A stretch of DNA of 42,174 nt from Rhodothermales bacterium. GTDB lineage: Bacteria; Bacteroidota; Rhodothermia; Rhodothermales; UBA10348. Both the position numbers and the translations under genes were made by a program. Where the stretch lies: assembly GCA_030830105.1 (NCBI GenBank), contig JAURNP010000207.1, positions 1 through 42,174 of the forward strand, given 5' to 3'. Within the stretch, counting starts at the first letter, position 1; every line of letters starts with the position of its first letter. Positions 28,071 to 37,973 of this stretch are shown here, one piece after another. The notes beneath the pieces were generated by a model, which saw only the letters and a list, made by a program, of their open reading frames with translations, was not told the origin of the DNA and did not search any database.

Positions 28071-29642
28071 ATGGCAACGCATTCCCGCATTCTTTGGGCT
28101 GACGATGAGATTGATCTCCTCAAGCCCCACATCCTTTTCCTGGAATCCCGTGGGTACCAGGTGACCAGCGTGACCAATGGCACAGACGCCATTGAGCATG
28201 TCCGTTCCGGCGGCTGCGATCTCGTTCTTCTCGACGAGCAGATGCCCGGAATGGGAGGACTAGATACGCTGACGGCCATCAAGGACATCAGCTCCGAGAT
28301 GCCAGTCGTAATGATCACGAAAAGTGAAGAAGAGCGCATCATGGAAGAAGCGCTCGGTGGAAAAATAAGCGACTATCTGACCAAACCAGTCAACCCAAGT
28401 CAGGTCCTGCTCACGTGCAAGCGCATCCTGGACGGTCGTCGAATTGAGGCCGAAAAAGCGTCCGAAAATTATCTGCAATCGTTCGGCCAGATCACGGCCG
28501 CGCTCATGAACCCCATGAGCCATGAAGAGTGGGTCGAGTTGTACCAGCGACTCATTCGCTATGACCTCGAGCTGGACTCGGACGAGGGCGTTCGCCAGGT
28601 CTTCGAGGATCAGGCCCAAGAAGCCAATCGTTCGTTCTCCAAATTCGTCGAAAAGGCCTACTCCCAGTGGATTGCCAACGTGGACACCGCCCCGAATGAG
28701 GATCGACCTGCCCTTTCTCACGAGGTCATTCCGCGATGGGTGGTTCCGGAGATGAAGGGGGGCAAGCCTGTAGTCTTCTTCGTGATTGATTGCATGCGAT
28801 GGGATCAGTGGCTCGAGTTTGAGCGGTTGTTGGCTCCGCTTTATTCCATTGAGCGGGGCTACCACTATTCCATCCTTCCCACGGCGACCCCTTACTCGCG
28901 CAATGCCATCTTCTCGGGTCTGCTGCCCAAGGACCTGGCCGAGACCTACCCACGCATCTGGGCTCAAGGGGAAGACGATGAACACAGCAGAAACCGCAAC
29001 GAGGAGCAATTTCTAAACGATCTCTTGGCGCGCCGGCACCTCAAGGCCCGGGTACGCTACGACAAGTTGATCGGCACCAAAGACGGTCGGGAATTCCAGG
29101 CCTCTGTGCACGACCTCCTGCAAAGCGACTTGAGCGCAGTGGTCGTGAACTTCGTGGACATCCTGGCCCACAGCCGCTCGGACTCAGCTGTCTTGAAGGA
29201 GATTGCTCCTGACGAACGCGCCTACCGCGCCCTGACCCGGACGTGGTTCGAACATTCATGGCTGTTCCAGGCCCTGCAGCAGCTGGCCGAAACCGATTGC
29301 ACCGTCGTGATCACCACCGATCATGGCGCCATCCGCAGCCTGCACGACACGAAGGTCATCGGTGATCGGGAGACCTCGACCGCGTTGCGCTACAAGTACG
29401 GCAAGAACCTGAAGTGCGATAAGCGGCATGCTGTCTTCGTACGCCACCCAGCAACGTTTGGACTTCCAGCGGACCACCGCGACACCAACTTCATCATCGC
29501 CAAGGAAGACTACTACTTCGTCTACCCGACGAATTACAACCGGTACCAGAGCAAGTATCGTGATACGATGCAGCACGGGGGCATTTCCATGGAAGAGATG
29601 ATCCTGCCGGTGATGAAGCTCAGGCCACGCGCCGGAGGATGA
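28071..29642 (+). CDS. porX: PorX-like response regulator (receiver + PglZ/alkaline phosphatase-like domain)
   Basis: ILWADDE...LLDEQMPG...ITKSEEE...YLTKP receiver; IDCMR, LPTATPY.RNAIFSG, TTDHG and QHGGISMEEM. Adjacent to tsaE, as is typical in Bacteroidota. Confidence 0.88.
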   Translation: MATHSRILWADDEIDLLKPHILFLESRGYQVTSVTNGTDAIEHVRSGGCDLVLLDEQMPGMGGLDTLTAIKDISSEMPVVMITKSEEERIMEEALGGKISDYLTKPVNPSQVLLTCKRILDGRRIEAEKASENYLQSFGQITAALMNPMSHEEWVELYQRLIRYDLELDSDEGVRQVFEDQAQEANRSFSKFVEKAYSQWIANVDTAPNEDRPALSHEVIPRWVVPEMKGGKPVVFFVIDCMRWDQWLEFERLLAPLYSIERGYHYSILPTATPYSRNAIFSGLLPKDLAETYPRIWAQGEDDEHSRNRNEEQFLNDLLARRHLKARVRYDKLIGTKDGREFQASVHDLLQSDLSAVVVNFVDILAHSRSDSAVLKEIAPDERAYRALTRTWFEHSWLFQALQQLAETDCTVVITTDHGAIRSLHDTKVIGDRETSTALRYKYGKNLKCDKRHAVFVRHPATFGLPADHRDTNFIIAKEDYYFVYPTNYNRYQSKYRDTMQHGGISMEEMILPVMKLRPRAGG

Positions 29643-29646
29643 AACG

Positions 29647-30081
29647 ATGACCAAATTGGTCAGTCAATCCGCCGAGGAAACCATCCGGGCGGGTGAGGCT
29701 TTCGGATCCGGATTGAGGGCAGGAGCTGTGGTGGGTTTGGTTGGCGACCTCGGTGCCGGCAAGACCCATTTCGCCAAAGGCGTCGCCCTTTCCCAGGGCC
29801 TCGATCCAGAGCAGGTATCCAGCCCGACGTTCACCATCGCCCATGAGTATCGCGGAGATGGAATCCCGATATATCATCTCGACTGCTATCGACTCGAGGA
29901 CGAGGACGAGCTTGAACGCAGCGGCGCGCACACCTACATCGCATCGGACGGCATCTGCCTGATCGAATGGCCCCAGCGGATCGAGGCACTGCTCCCTCCC
30001 GGCACAATCCTCGTCTCTATTCGCCACGAACCCGAGGGGGGCCGGCTTATACAAATCCTCCCTCCGGACGGCCATGGTTGA
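29647..30081 (+). CDS. tsaE: tRNA threonylcarbamoyladenosine biosynthesis ATPase TsaE
   Basis: GDLGAGKT, SSPTF, H.D.YRL, LIEW. Confidence 0.95.
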   Translation: MTKLVSQSAEETIRAGEAFGSGLRAGAVVGLVGDLGAGKTHFAKGVALSQGLDPEQVSSPTFTIAHEYRGDGIPIYHLDCYRLEDEDELERSGAHTYIASDGICLIEWPQRIEALLPPGTILVSIRHEPEGGRLIQILPPDGHG

Positions 30082-31384
30082 TTCAACATTCCCGGCCCTG
30101 GACAGACTCCTGGCTATGCCTGCCTTCGCCACCAGCGGTGATGTAGCGCTCAAGCCCGGATTTGACCGCATCCGAGCGCTGCTGAAAGGAATGGGGCATC
30201 CAGAAGAGGGACGCGAAATAGTCCTCGTCGCCGGTACCAATGGTAAAGGCTCTACTGCGTCCATGGTGGCCGCTCTCTCGACGGCAGCCGGGGTGCGAAC
30301 GGCGCTACACACATCGCCCCATTTGAAATGGGTGGGTGAGCGGATGCGTGTTGATGGTCAGACTCCCAGCAAGACTTGGCTGGCTGATGCCTTTGAATCC
30401 TGGGAGCCCCTCTTTCAGGAGGTTCAACCCAGTTTTTTCGAAGCCACGCTCGCACTCTCCTTTTGCTGGTTTGCGAACAGGAAGGCTGACAGATGGGTAG
30501 TTGAGATAGGTCTTGGTGGACGACTGGATGCGGCAAACGTGCTCGACGCGGATGTTGCCATTCTGACCTCAGTCGGCAAGGACCACATGCACCTGCTCGG
30601 ACCCACCCTATCCGACGTTGCCCGCGAAAAGGCCGCCATTGCAAGGCCGAACAAGCCCTTCATTCTCGGGCCCTTGGAAAAGGTGGTCCGCTCAAGCGCA
30701 CTGGACACCCTCCACAAAATCGGTGCGCGGGTGATTGAGCCATCTCATTCGGTCGGCTCAGCATGTATCCTCTCCACTTCAAAGCGCACCGTGAGCGATG
30801 TCCGCTTATCCATCGACGCCCCGCACCAGCGTTCCAATGCCTTACTGGCTCTGGAGGCCATGGATATACTGCACGAAACACCCATCCCCGAGCAGGTGGT
30901 TCGTCACGCCTTCAGCCATGTATCCCAGCTGAGCGGGTTACGCGGTCGGCTGGACTGGGTCAATGCAAGAACGATGGTTGATGTGTGCCACAACGAAGAA
31001 GCGCTGAAAGCGGCAGTGTCTTCTTTCCTGGCCACGGCCGCAGCATCTGAAACAACGCCTCTATCCGCACGATTGATACTGGGTTTTCTGGCGGATAAGG
31101 ATATAGGGCAATTCGGGAGCTGGCTGCCCAAAGCTCTCAGCGATGCAGCCATTTCTGATGTGACCTTTCCTGATGTGACCATCGTGGCCGTCTCCACCGA
31201 AGGAGCGCGCGGACAAAGCGCCGTGGCCACGTCCCGAGCACTGCTTCAAAGCGGGTGGACCGGCATGATTCAGACATCAGACACATTGGACGAAGCGCTG
31301 ACCAAAGAGCATTCGAAGCAAGGGTGGACATTCATCGCGGGGTCCTACCTGATCGCATCAAGAGCCCTGGAGGTGCTGGATTAG
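30074..31384 (+). CDS. folC: Dihydrofolate synthase/folylpolyglutamate synthase
   Basis: VAGTNGKGST, TSPHL, E.GLGGRLDA.NV, DH...LG, EKA.I, GR, D..HN. Confidence 0.9.
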   Translation: MVDSTFPALDRLLAMPAFATSGDVALKPGFDRIRALLKGMGHPEEGREIVLVAGTNGKGSTASMVAALSTAAGVRTALHTSPHLKWVGERMRVDGQTPSKTWLADAFESWEPLFQEVQPSFFEATLALSFCWFANRKADRWVVEIGLGGRLDAANVLDADVAILTSVGKDHMHLLGPTLSDVAREKAAIARPNKPFILGPLEKVVRSSALDTLHKIGARVIEPSHSVGSACILSTSKRTVSDVRLSIDAPHQRSNALLALEAMDILHETPIPEQVVRHAFSHVSQLSGLRGRLDWVNARTMVDVCHNEEALKAAVSSFLATAAASETTPLSARLILGFLADKDIGQFGSWLPKALSDAAISDVTFPDVTIVAVSTEGARGQSAVATSRALLQSGWTGMIQTSDTLDEALTKEHSKQGWTFIAGSYLIASRALEVLD

Positions 31385-31430
31385 CCGACTCTGGGTTCAC
31401 GCAAACTTCCGGCAGTAGACTGAACCGGCC

Positions 31431-31459
31431 TTGTATTTCCCTGAAAATGGGCTATCTTG
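31431..31459 (+). promoter_or_regulatory. Putative rho promoter, leaving a ~270-nt leader
   Basis: TTGTAT (31431-31436), 16-nt spacer, TATCTTG (31453-31459). Confidence 0.5.
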
Positions 31460-31734
31460 AGGTAATTGCCTGATCTGCGTTGACCCTTTTGGCTGTCCGC
31501 AGGTCGCTTTTGGATCTGCCCAACTCCTTTCCGGGATCTGATCCACTCTATTTGGCGGACCATCCGCCTACCTTGACCTATTTCAATCCCTTTCCCTAAT
31601 CGAACAGCTCTCGATTGATCGAGGGAATTCTGCCTGACCCATGCGCGTGAGGCATTTCTCCCGGACCTCCTGTCCATTTCTCTCTGACGACGCGTTCTCT
31701 GCGTCGACCCAGTCGCGGGCTATCATTCCAATCC

Positions 31735-33702
31735 ATGAAAATTGCTGAACTTCAGGACAAGAAGCTTCCTGAACTGAAACAGATTGCAAAGCAGATGAAC
31801 CTGGCTGGGTTCTCGGCATTGCGCAAGCAGGACCTGATCTATCTTATTCTCGAGGCCAAGGCCGAAGCCGCTGCCGGCTCGAACCGTCGCCGCGAAGATC
31901 AGGCCCAGAAGAAGGAATCCTCCAAAGAATCCCCAAAGTCCTCTCGCGAAGAGGGTGATGGCGACCAGCGCCGTCGCAACCAGAAATCAGACGATGATGC
32001 TGGTGGACGGGGTCGGCGTGGACGCCGTGACAAAGACGATGCATCCGGCGACAACGAAGAAACGTCAGGTCGTGGACGCCGAGATCGTGACAATCGCTCA
32101 GATCGTGACGAAGATGGCGATCGCGACAACCGTGGTTCCCGCCGTGGTCGCGATGGCGGTGAGGAGCGCGGTGACCGAAACCGCGATCGTAACCAGGGTC
32201 GTGGTCGTGGCAAAGATGATGACCGGGGCCGCGACCGTAAGGACGATAACCGCGGGCGTGGTCGTGGCAAAGATGACGACCGGGGCCGTGACCGCAACGA
32301 CGACAATCGTGGGCGTGGTCGTGGCAAAGATGACGATCGCCGAGGCAAGCGCGACAACAACAACGAGCGCGGTAACAGAAACCGGGATCGTAATCGTGAT
32401 GGTGGCCGCGATGGAAATCGTGACGACAATCGCGGGCGAGATCGCCACAATGATCGTCATAATGATCGCGATGGCGGCCGTCGCAGCCGCAGGGACCGTA
32501 ACCGCGAGTCCCGTGAAGAGCGTCGCAAGCAGGTATACGCCGATCAGCCCGAATACATGCAGGAGTACAACCCGAAAGAGGTTGAGCTCGATGGCATGAT
32601 TCGCAAGATCGGTGTCCTTCAGATCCTGCCGGACGGTTATGGATTCCTGCGCAGCGCAGAATTCAACTACCTGCCCAGCCCGGATGACATTTACGTCTCC
32701 CCGTCGCAGATCAAACGGTTCGCCCTCAAGATGGGGGATACCGTTGACGGGGAAATCCGTCCTCCGAAAGAAGGCGAGCGCTACTTTGCGCTTATTCAGG
32801 TCAACTCGATCAACGGGCGCGAACCGGGCGAAATCGACGAACGCTCGAGCTTCGACTTCCTGACGCCATACTACCCCGAGGAGCAGCTCGTGCTGCAGAC
32901 GCTTGGCGGCGAGTACTCCACCCGCGTCATGGATCTCTTTTCCCCCATCGGTAAGGGACAGCGAGCACTGATCGTTGCACAGCCGAAAACGGGTAAGACG
33001 ATCCTGCTTCAGAAAATCGCAAACGCGGTCACGACCAATCATCCGGAGTGCCATCTGCTGATCCTGTTGGTGGACGAACGCCCCGAAGAAGTCACCGACA
33101 TGCGCCGTCATGTACAGGGTGAAGTGATTGCCTCGACGTTCGACCAAGACCCTGAAAAGCACGTCGAAGTGGCCGACATCGTGCTGCAGAAAGCCAAGCG
33201 TCTCGTGGAAGCTGGTCAGGATGTGGTCATCCTGCTCGACTCCATCACGCGTCTGGCGCGTGCGCACAACTCTGTGACCACATCAACCGGTAAGACGCTT
33301 TCCGGTGGTATGGAAGCCGGCGCCCTGCGCGGCCCCAAACGATTCTTCGGTGCTGCCCGCAACATTGAGGAGGGCGGCTCGCTGACCATCATCGGTACGG
33401 CCCTCATCGACACGGGCAGCCGCATGGATGAGGTCATCTTCGAAGAGTTCAAGGGAACGGGTAACTCGGAGATCGTCCTCGATCGCGAGCTGGCTGACCG
33501 TCGCATCTTCCCGGCCATCCACATCGTGAAGTCGGGTACGCGTCGCGAAGAGCTCCTCATTCCAGAGGCCAAGCTCAAACGTATCTGGATCCTGCGCAAG
33601 CTCCTGGCGGACATGAGCCCCATCGATGCCATGAACTTCCTGCTCGACAAGATGCGCGGCACGAAGAAGAACGACGAGTTCCTGGTCACCATGAACTCGT
33701 AG
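31735..33702 (+). CDS. rho: Transcription termination factor Rho with long R/D/G/N-rich N-terminal insertion
   Basis: N-terminal helix bundle (ELKQIA...LRKQDLI), [58 protein letters not shown]. Confidence 0.97.
   Translation: MKIAELQDKKLPELKQIAKQMNLAGFSALRKQDLIYLILEAKAEAAAGSNRRREDQAQKKESSKESPKSSREEGDGDQRRRNQKSDDDAGGRGRRGRRDKDDASGDNEETSGRGRRDRDNRSDRDEDGDRDNRGSRRGRDGGEERGDRNRDRNQGRGRGKDDDRGRDRKDDNRGRGRGKDDDRGRDRNDDNRGRGRGKDDDRRGKRDNNNERGNRNRDRNRDGGRDGNRDDNRGRDRHNDRHNDRDGGRRSRRDRNRESREERRKQVYADQPEYMQEYNPKEVELDGMIRKIGVLQILPDGYGFLRSAEFNYLPSPDDIYVSPSQIKRFALKMGDTVDGEIRPPKEGERYFALIQVNSINGREPGEIDERSSFDFLTPYYPEEQLVLQTLGGEYSTRVMDLFSPIGKGQRALIVAQPKTGKTILLQKIANAVTTNHPECHLLILLVDERPEEVTDMRRHVQGEVIASTFDQDPEKHVEVADIVLQKAKRLVEAGQDVVILLDSITRLARAHNSVTTSTGKTLSGGMEAGALRGPKRFFGAARNIEEGGSLTIIGTALIDTGSRMDEVIFEEFKGTGNSEIVLDRELADRRIFPAIHIVKSGTRREELLIPEAKLKRIWILRKLLADMSPIDAMNFLLDKMRGTKKNDEFLVTMNS
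32197..32340 (+). repeat. About 2.5 tandem 57-bp coding repeats ([19 protein letters not shown]) in the Rho insertion
   Basis: Units start at 32197, 32254 and 32311, a period of exactly 57 bp. Confidence 0.9.
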
Positions 33703-33745
33703 GCTCCTCTTTGGCCTCTGTCCTTTTAGAGGACGCAGATACAAC

Positions 33746-33780
33746 AACGCGCCGCCGACCCATGGTCGGCGGCGCGTTTT
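33746..33780 (+). terminator. Intrinsic (possibly bidirectional) terminator between rho and the MFS gene
   Basis: AACGCGCCGCCGACC-CAT-GGTCGGCGGCGCGTT perfect 15-bp stem ending in TTTT, between convergent genes. Confidence 0.8.
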
Positions 33781-33836
33781 GCATTTCAAGGGCGAAGTAC
33801 CCAAATCAAGCGACGCATATCCCGCGTGCGGGTCAA

Positions 33837-35087
33837 CTACATCTCGGGAGCGGGGGGTGACTCTGCGTTCGAGACACCCTCTTTTCCCTTCGACATTTCC
33901 TCTTTCGGCTCTGGTAGCATCCAATGTACGAGCAGGGCCATTCCAAGGATGGCAACCGCACCGGTAATGGTGTTGGATACGTATCCATACTTGACGTAGG
34001 CGATGCCGGCAGCCGCACCCCCCAGCCCAATTCCGACCTGCCCGATAGCTACGGCAAGCGCCAACAATGCTCCGCGCCGCTGCTCTTCGACGATGGCCGT
34101 CATGAGTGACTGCAGGGGAGAAATACGAAGGGCAAACATGATCATGGCGAATCCGAACAGGATGTATGCCATGAGCATGGACGTTGTCAGATAGGTAGTG
34201 ACAACCATCACAAGAGCCAGACCCAGACAGGAGACGATAATAAGCGGCTTTCGCCCTGTTCGATCGGACAGCTTTCCGGCAGAAGGTCCTGCAATGACGT
34301 TGGCGATCCCTCCGACGAAGAAAAGTGAGGCGATGGCCGTGCCATCGACGCCCAAATGCTGCTCCAGCCACGTTGGCAGATAAATCACGTATAGCCCGAT
34401 GCTGAAGAACATCAGGAAATAGGTCGCGCTCGCAGCCACTACCACCTTTCTGCCCAGCAATTCGCGATATCCAGCAATGGCCGAGGACAGGGTCAGTCGT
34501 TTTTGATTGCGCTGCACATCGGGTTGCGGCACATAGAACCAGATCAAAATGGTGGTCAGGGTCATGACGCCGGCAAACATCAGGAAGGCACCCTTGAACC
34601 CGAACCAGTCAGCCAACAGCGTTCCAATGGGAATACCGATGATCTGCCCAACCGCAATACCACTCATCACCCATCCATTGGCCCAACCGCGCTTGTTGTA
34701 TGGGAAATAGTCTCCCACATAAGAGACCGCTGCACCGCTGAGCATTCCTCCTGCAGCGCCCGCAGCCGCACGCATGATCAGAAGTTGGGTAAAATTCTCC
34801 ACCATTCCGTGCAGCCAGAGCGCCACAGCCATTGACCCGCATCCCAGCAGGATGACCAGACGCCGGCCGAATTTGTCCGAAATGGGACCGATGATCAGAG
34901 CAAAAAGGCTCAGAAAAACCGCGTAGGACGTAATCAGCCAACCCTGATAGGCTTCGGCGATGTTGAGTGCTTCGCCGATCCGTGGAAGAATGGGCGATAC
35001 GATGATGACCTGACTGCTGGCGGAGAACACCATCAGCCATAGGGCAAACAAGACCAGATACGGGTGGGAGTTGTCTCTCCGGGCCAT
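33837..35087 (-). CDS. MFS transporter (DHA1-like)
   Basis: About 12 TM segments; motif A GPISDKFGRR and its repeat GKLSDRTGRK; motif C-like G..IG.PIG..L. Confidence 0.92.
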   Translation of the reverse strand: MARRDNSHPYLVLFALWLMVFSASSQVIIVSPILPRIGEALNIAEAYQGWLITSYAVFLSLFALIIGPISDKFGRRLVILLGCGSMAVALWLHGMVENFTQLLIMRAAAGAAGGMLSGAAVSYVGDYFPYNKRGWANGWVMSGIAVGQIIGIPIGTLLADWFGFKGAFLMFAGVMTLTTILIWFYVPQPDVQRNQKRLTLSSAIAGYRELLGRKVVVAASATYFLMFFSIGLYVIYLPTWLEQHLGVDGTAIASLFFVGGIANVIAGPSAGKLSDRTGRKPLIIVSCLGLALVMVVTTYLTTSMLMAYILFGFAMIMFALRISPLQSLMTAIVEEQRRGALLALAVAIGQVGIGLGGAAAGIAYVKYGYVSNTITGAVAILGMALLVHWMLPEPKEEMSKGKEGVSNAESPPAPEM

Positions 35088-35295
35088 GGGCGCTGGGTAC
35101 GCGAATCGTCACAATGGCGATCAATCAAGATCGTGCCCGACCGCAGCCCGGATGCAAGCTTACCGGCGGGCGGCACAGTATACGCATTGCAATACGTCGA
35201 TACGGTGTTGCATCCGTCATTTCGTGTTTGAGGTCGCCGGACAGTCGTCGGATTGGGAAATCCGGAACGCATCTGCCTCGGCAGCTCAAGTATCC

Positions 35296-35350
35296 CAAAG
35301 GTAGCCTGATCGTGTTACGGCAGTGTTACCCGCCGTTAAGCCAGTGTTAT
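35296..35350 (-). promoter_or_regulatory. Four phased TAAC(A) boxes upstream of a TACCTTTG element (OmpR/PhoB-type activated promoter)
   Basis: Plus-strand GTTA cores at 35314, 35325, 35335 and 35346 (spacing 11/10/11). Minus-strand TACCTTTG at 35296-35303. Confidence 0.6.
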
Positions 35351-35380
35351 CCTTTGCGTGAAGGCTTCTGGAAGGGAGTG

Positions 35381-37285
35381 CTACTCAGCTCCTTCTTCAG
35401 GGGCCGGCTTGGTGGACTGCTCCATGAACGCCATCATACGCCGCACGAAGTCGGCCGGGTTGTCGAGCGACCCTTCCAGAAGCAGGGCTCCTTCGTAGAG
35501 TTGCTCGATGGCCTCCTTGATCCGCTCCTCCTGCCCGGGCACGTCGCGCAGCGCCGACAGGTTCTTGATGAGCGGGTGAGCCGTGTTGACCTCGAGCACC
35601 TTCTTGCTGCCCTCGAACGACTCGTCCATCATCTTCATGACGCGCTCCATCTGGGCGTCCATGCCGGCCGTGCCGGTCACCAGCGTCACGGCAGAATCGA
35701 CCAGGCGATCCGACGAACGAACATCCTCCACCCGATCCCCCAGGACATCCTTGAAGCGCTCGACGAGCTTCTTGGTCTCGCCTTTTTTGAGACCGCCTTT
35801 CTTCTTCTTGTCCAGCTTCAGATCGGAAGATTCGATGCTGACGAGGTCGAAGTCCTTGTACTTCGGAATGCCCGGCATGATGAACGCATCGACGGGCTCG
35901 GTCATCAGGAGCACCTCCATATCGTTCGCCGTGAAATACTCCATGTTCGGATTGCGAAGCGCTGCCTCGCGTCCGTCAGCCAGGACGTAGTAGATCTTGT
36001 CCTGATCGCTCGGCATGCGGTCTGCATAGGCCCCAAAGCCGGTCCATTCGCCTTTATCCTTGATGGACGACTCGAACCGGAAAAGGTCGATCATCTGGTC
36101 GCGATGCTCGAATTCAAACTGGATGCCGGACTTGAAGAGCGGCCCGAACTCCTTGCTGAACGTGGCGAATTTCTCCGGCTCGCCCTCAGCCCACTCTTCC
36201 AACAGTCCCAGGATCTTGCCGGTCAGGATCTTGCGGATCTTGGCCAGGACCGGGCTGTTCTGCGTGACTTCGCGCGAAACGTTGAGCGGCAGGTCCTCCG
36301 TGTCCACCACCCCCTTGACGAAGCGGCACCAGTCCGGCAGGAGATTCTTGGCGTCGTCCTGGATGAAGACCTTCGACGAGTACAGGTGGACGCCGTACTT
36401 GTAATCCTCTTGGAACATGTCCCGCGGCGCTTTCCTCGGAATGAAGAGCAAGGCCTTGAAGCTGACCACACCTTCTAGGCTCAGCTGCAGGTGCCCGAGC
36501 GGTTCGTCGGTGTCATTGGAGACGAATTTGTAGAACTCGGTCAGCTGCTCGTCGGTGATGTCTGACTTGCTCTTGTGCCACAGCGCATCGACGGTGTTAA
36601 CCAACTCACCGTCCACATGCACAGGGAAGTCCACAAAGTTCGAGTACTTCCGGATGATGCTCTTCACGCGCCACTCTTCTGCGAATTCGCCTTTGTCCTC
36701 TTTCAAATGCAGGGTGATCGTTGTGCCGCGTTCGGTGCGATCGGTCTCTTCGATGGTGTAGGACCCGCCTCCGTCGCTCGTCCAGCGCAGGCCCTGGCTA
36801 TCCTTGTCGGCGTGCCGGGTGTCGACCGTAATGGTATCGGCCACCATGAAGGCCGAATAGAATCCGACACCAAACTGGCCGATCATGCTGGCATCCACCG
36901 GACCATCTTGCTTCTTCAGCTCCTGCACGAATTCGAGGGTCCCGGACGAGGCTACCGTACCGATCCGCCTCAGTAAATCGTCCTTTGTCATCCCGACGCC
37001 AGTATCGGTCAATACAAGCGTGTTCTCGTTCTTGTCCAGCTTGATGTCGATACGCTGCTCGGCGTCTGCGTCGACAACATCCCGGTCGGTCAGCATCCGG
37101 AAGCGGATCTTGTTGAGCGCATCGGAGGCGTTCGAGATCAGCTCGCGCAGGAAAATCTCCTCGTGCGTGTAGAGCGAGTGGATGATCAGATGAAGCAATT
37201 GCTTCATCTCGGCCTTGAACTCGTGGACTTCGGGAGCCTGAGTACTTTCTGGGGCTTCTGGAGTCGTGTTGGTTTCGTCAGCCAT
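35381..37285 (-). CDS. htpG: Molecular chaperone HtpG (Hsp90)
   Basis: HSLY...IFLRELISNASDA, DTGVGM, IGQFGVGFYSAF, GVVDTEDLPLNVSRE, LEVNT.HP. Start re-assigned to ATG 37285 (MADETN). Confidence 0.96.
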   Translation of the reverse strand: MADETNTTPEAPESTQAPEVHEFKAEMKQLLHLIIHSLYTHEEIFLRELISNASDALNKIRFRMLTDRDVVDADAEQRIDIKLDKNENTLVLTDTGVGMTKDDLLRRIGTVASSGTLEFVQELKKQDGPVDASMIGQFGVGFYSAFMVADTITVDTRHADKDSQGLRWTSDGGGSYTIEETDRTERGTTITLHLKEDKGEFAEEWRVKSIIRKYSNFVDFPVHVDGELVNTVDALWHKSKSDITDEQLTEFYKFVSNDTDEPLGHLQLSLEGVVSFKALLFIPRKAPRDMFQEDYKYGVHLYSSKVFIQDDAKNLLPDWCRFVKGVVDTEDLPLNVSREVTQNSPVLAKIRKILTGKILGLLEEWAEGEPEKFATFSKEFGPLFKSGIQFEFEHRDQMIDLFRFESSIKDKGEWTGFGAYADRMPSDQDKIYYVLADGREAALRNPNMEYFTANDMEVLLMTEPVDAFIMPGIPKYKDFDLVSIESSDLKLDKKKKGGLKKGETKKLVERFKDVLGDRVEDVRSSDRLVDSAVTLVTGTAGMDAQMERVMKMMDESFEGSKKVLEVNTAHPLIKNLSALRDVPGQEERIKEAIEQLYEGALLLEGSLDNPADFVRRMMAFMEQSTKPAPEEGAE

Positions 37286-37495
37286 GGGTCGAGCGGGAAT
37301 GGGATACAGATGGGAAGGTTGGGCGACTTGAGCCGCTACTACAGCCCCGTCTTTGGCGTTTCCCGCCTGATTGTTCCGTGAACATGTGTCAAAGGAGGTC
37401 CTAGCTCCCCCATCCGTCCTCGAGATAAGTGCAACAAGGGACCTCACGGGAATCAAAACAGAAGTCCAAGGTCACGAAAAAGGGTAGATACAAGT

Positions 37496-37533
37496 AGGCG
37501 CGGGAGGCGTGCTCTCGCACGCCCCCCGCGCCT
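37496..37533. terminator. Strong GC hairpin downstream of the small minus-strand gene (possible terminator)
   Basis: AGGCGCGGGAGGCGTGC-TCTC-GCACGCCCCCCGCGCCT. The U tract is poor. Confidence 0.5.
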
Positions 37534-37596
37534 GAAAAGGCCCTCAACAGTCCAGCGCTTCCCATCAATCAACAGGAGCGCCGGGTCCGCTAAATG

Positions 37597-37866
37597 TTAT
37601 CCTACTCGCCGCGTCCGGAAGGAGCTAGGCATGGCGCGACGATCCTGACGACGTACGCCGGGACGGGATGCTTCCATACGTGGAGCAATCCGGGACATGA
37701 TGCCGTCCGATTCACCTGCTTTCCCGGCAGCCAGTGCTTCGGTAGCCATGGTCAGCCACTGGCGCATGCTGCCGTCCTTTAGAAGCGCGAGGGTTACTTC
37801 CGAGCGCTGTTCATCGTTCAATTCACCGGAGATATACCCGGCGAGAGTGTGTTCGTCAATTTTCAT
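37597..37866 (-). CDS. Small hypothetical protein (89 aa) resembling an anti-sigma N-terminal domain
   Basis: MKIDEHTLAGYISGELNDEQRSEV..L matches the L..Y..GEL...E..V pattern of anti-sigma domains but lacks HxxxCxxC. Start at ATG 37866. Confidence 0.6.
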   Translation of the reverse strand: MKIDEHTLAGYISGELNDEQRSEVTLALLKDGSMRQWLTMATEALAAGKAGESDGIMSRIAPRMEASRPGVRRQDRRAMPSSFRTRRVG

Positions 37867-37973
37867 GGTCTTTCTGAGGGCTGCAGAATAAAGTGGTGTC
37901 CGCTGAAAAGGGACACCTCGCCCGTCAGGTATCGGCCGTGGCTCTGGAAACTTAAATCGCCTGCCGACAGAAC

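Noticed and set aside
32197-32340. Regular repeats in rho (and at 41652-41720) considered as CRISPR
   Set aside because: They are in-frame coding tandem repeats with no unique spacers, and no cas genes are present.
35376-35383. GAGTGCTA, a CIRCE half-site near htpG
   Set aside because: It lies at the htpG stop rather than the promoter and has no partner half-site. No CIRCE was seen upstream of htpG or the J-domain gene.
37372-37384. TGTTCCGTGAACA resembling parS
   Set aside because: Only 13 bp; it cannot be aligned to the 16-bp parS palindrome without gaps.
37286-37456. Long N-terminal extensions in the ORF track for htpG (also asd, aspartokinase, queD, the J protein and the Rieske gene)
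   Set aside because: Artefacts of choosing the most upstream start. Family homology begins at the internal ATGs used in the feature list.
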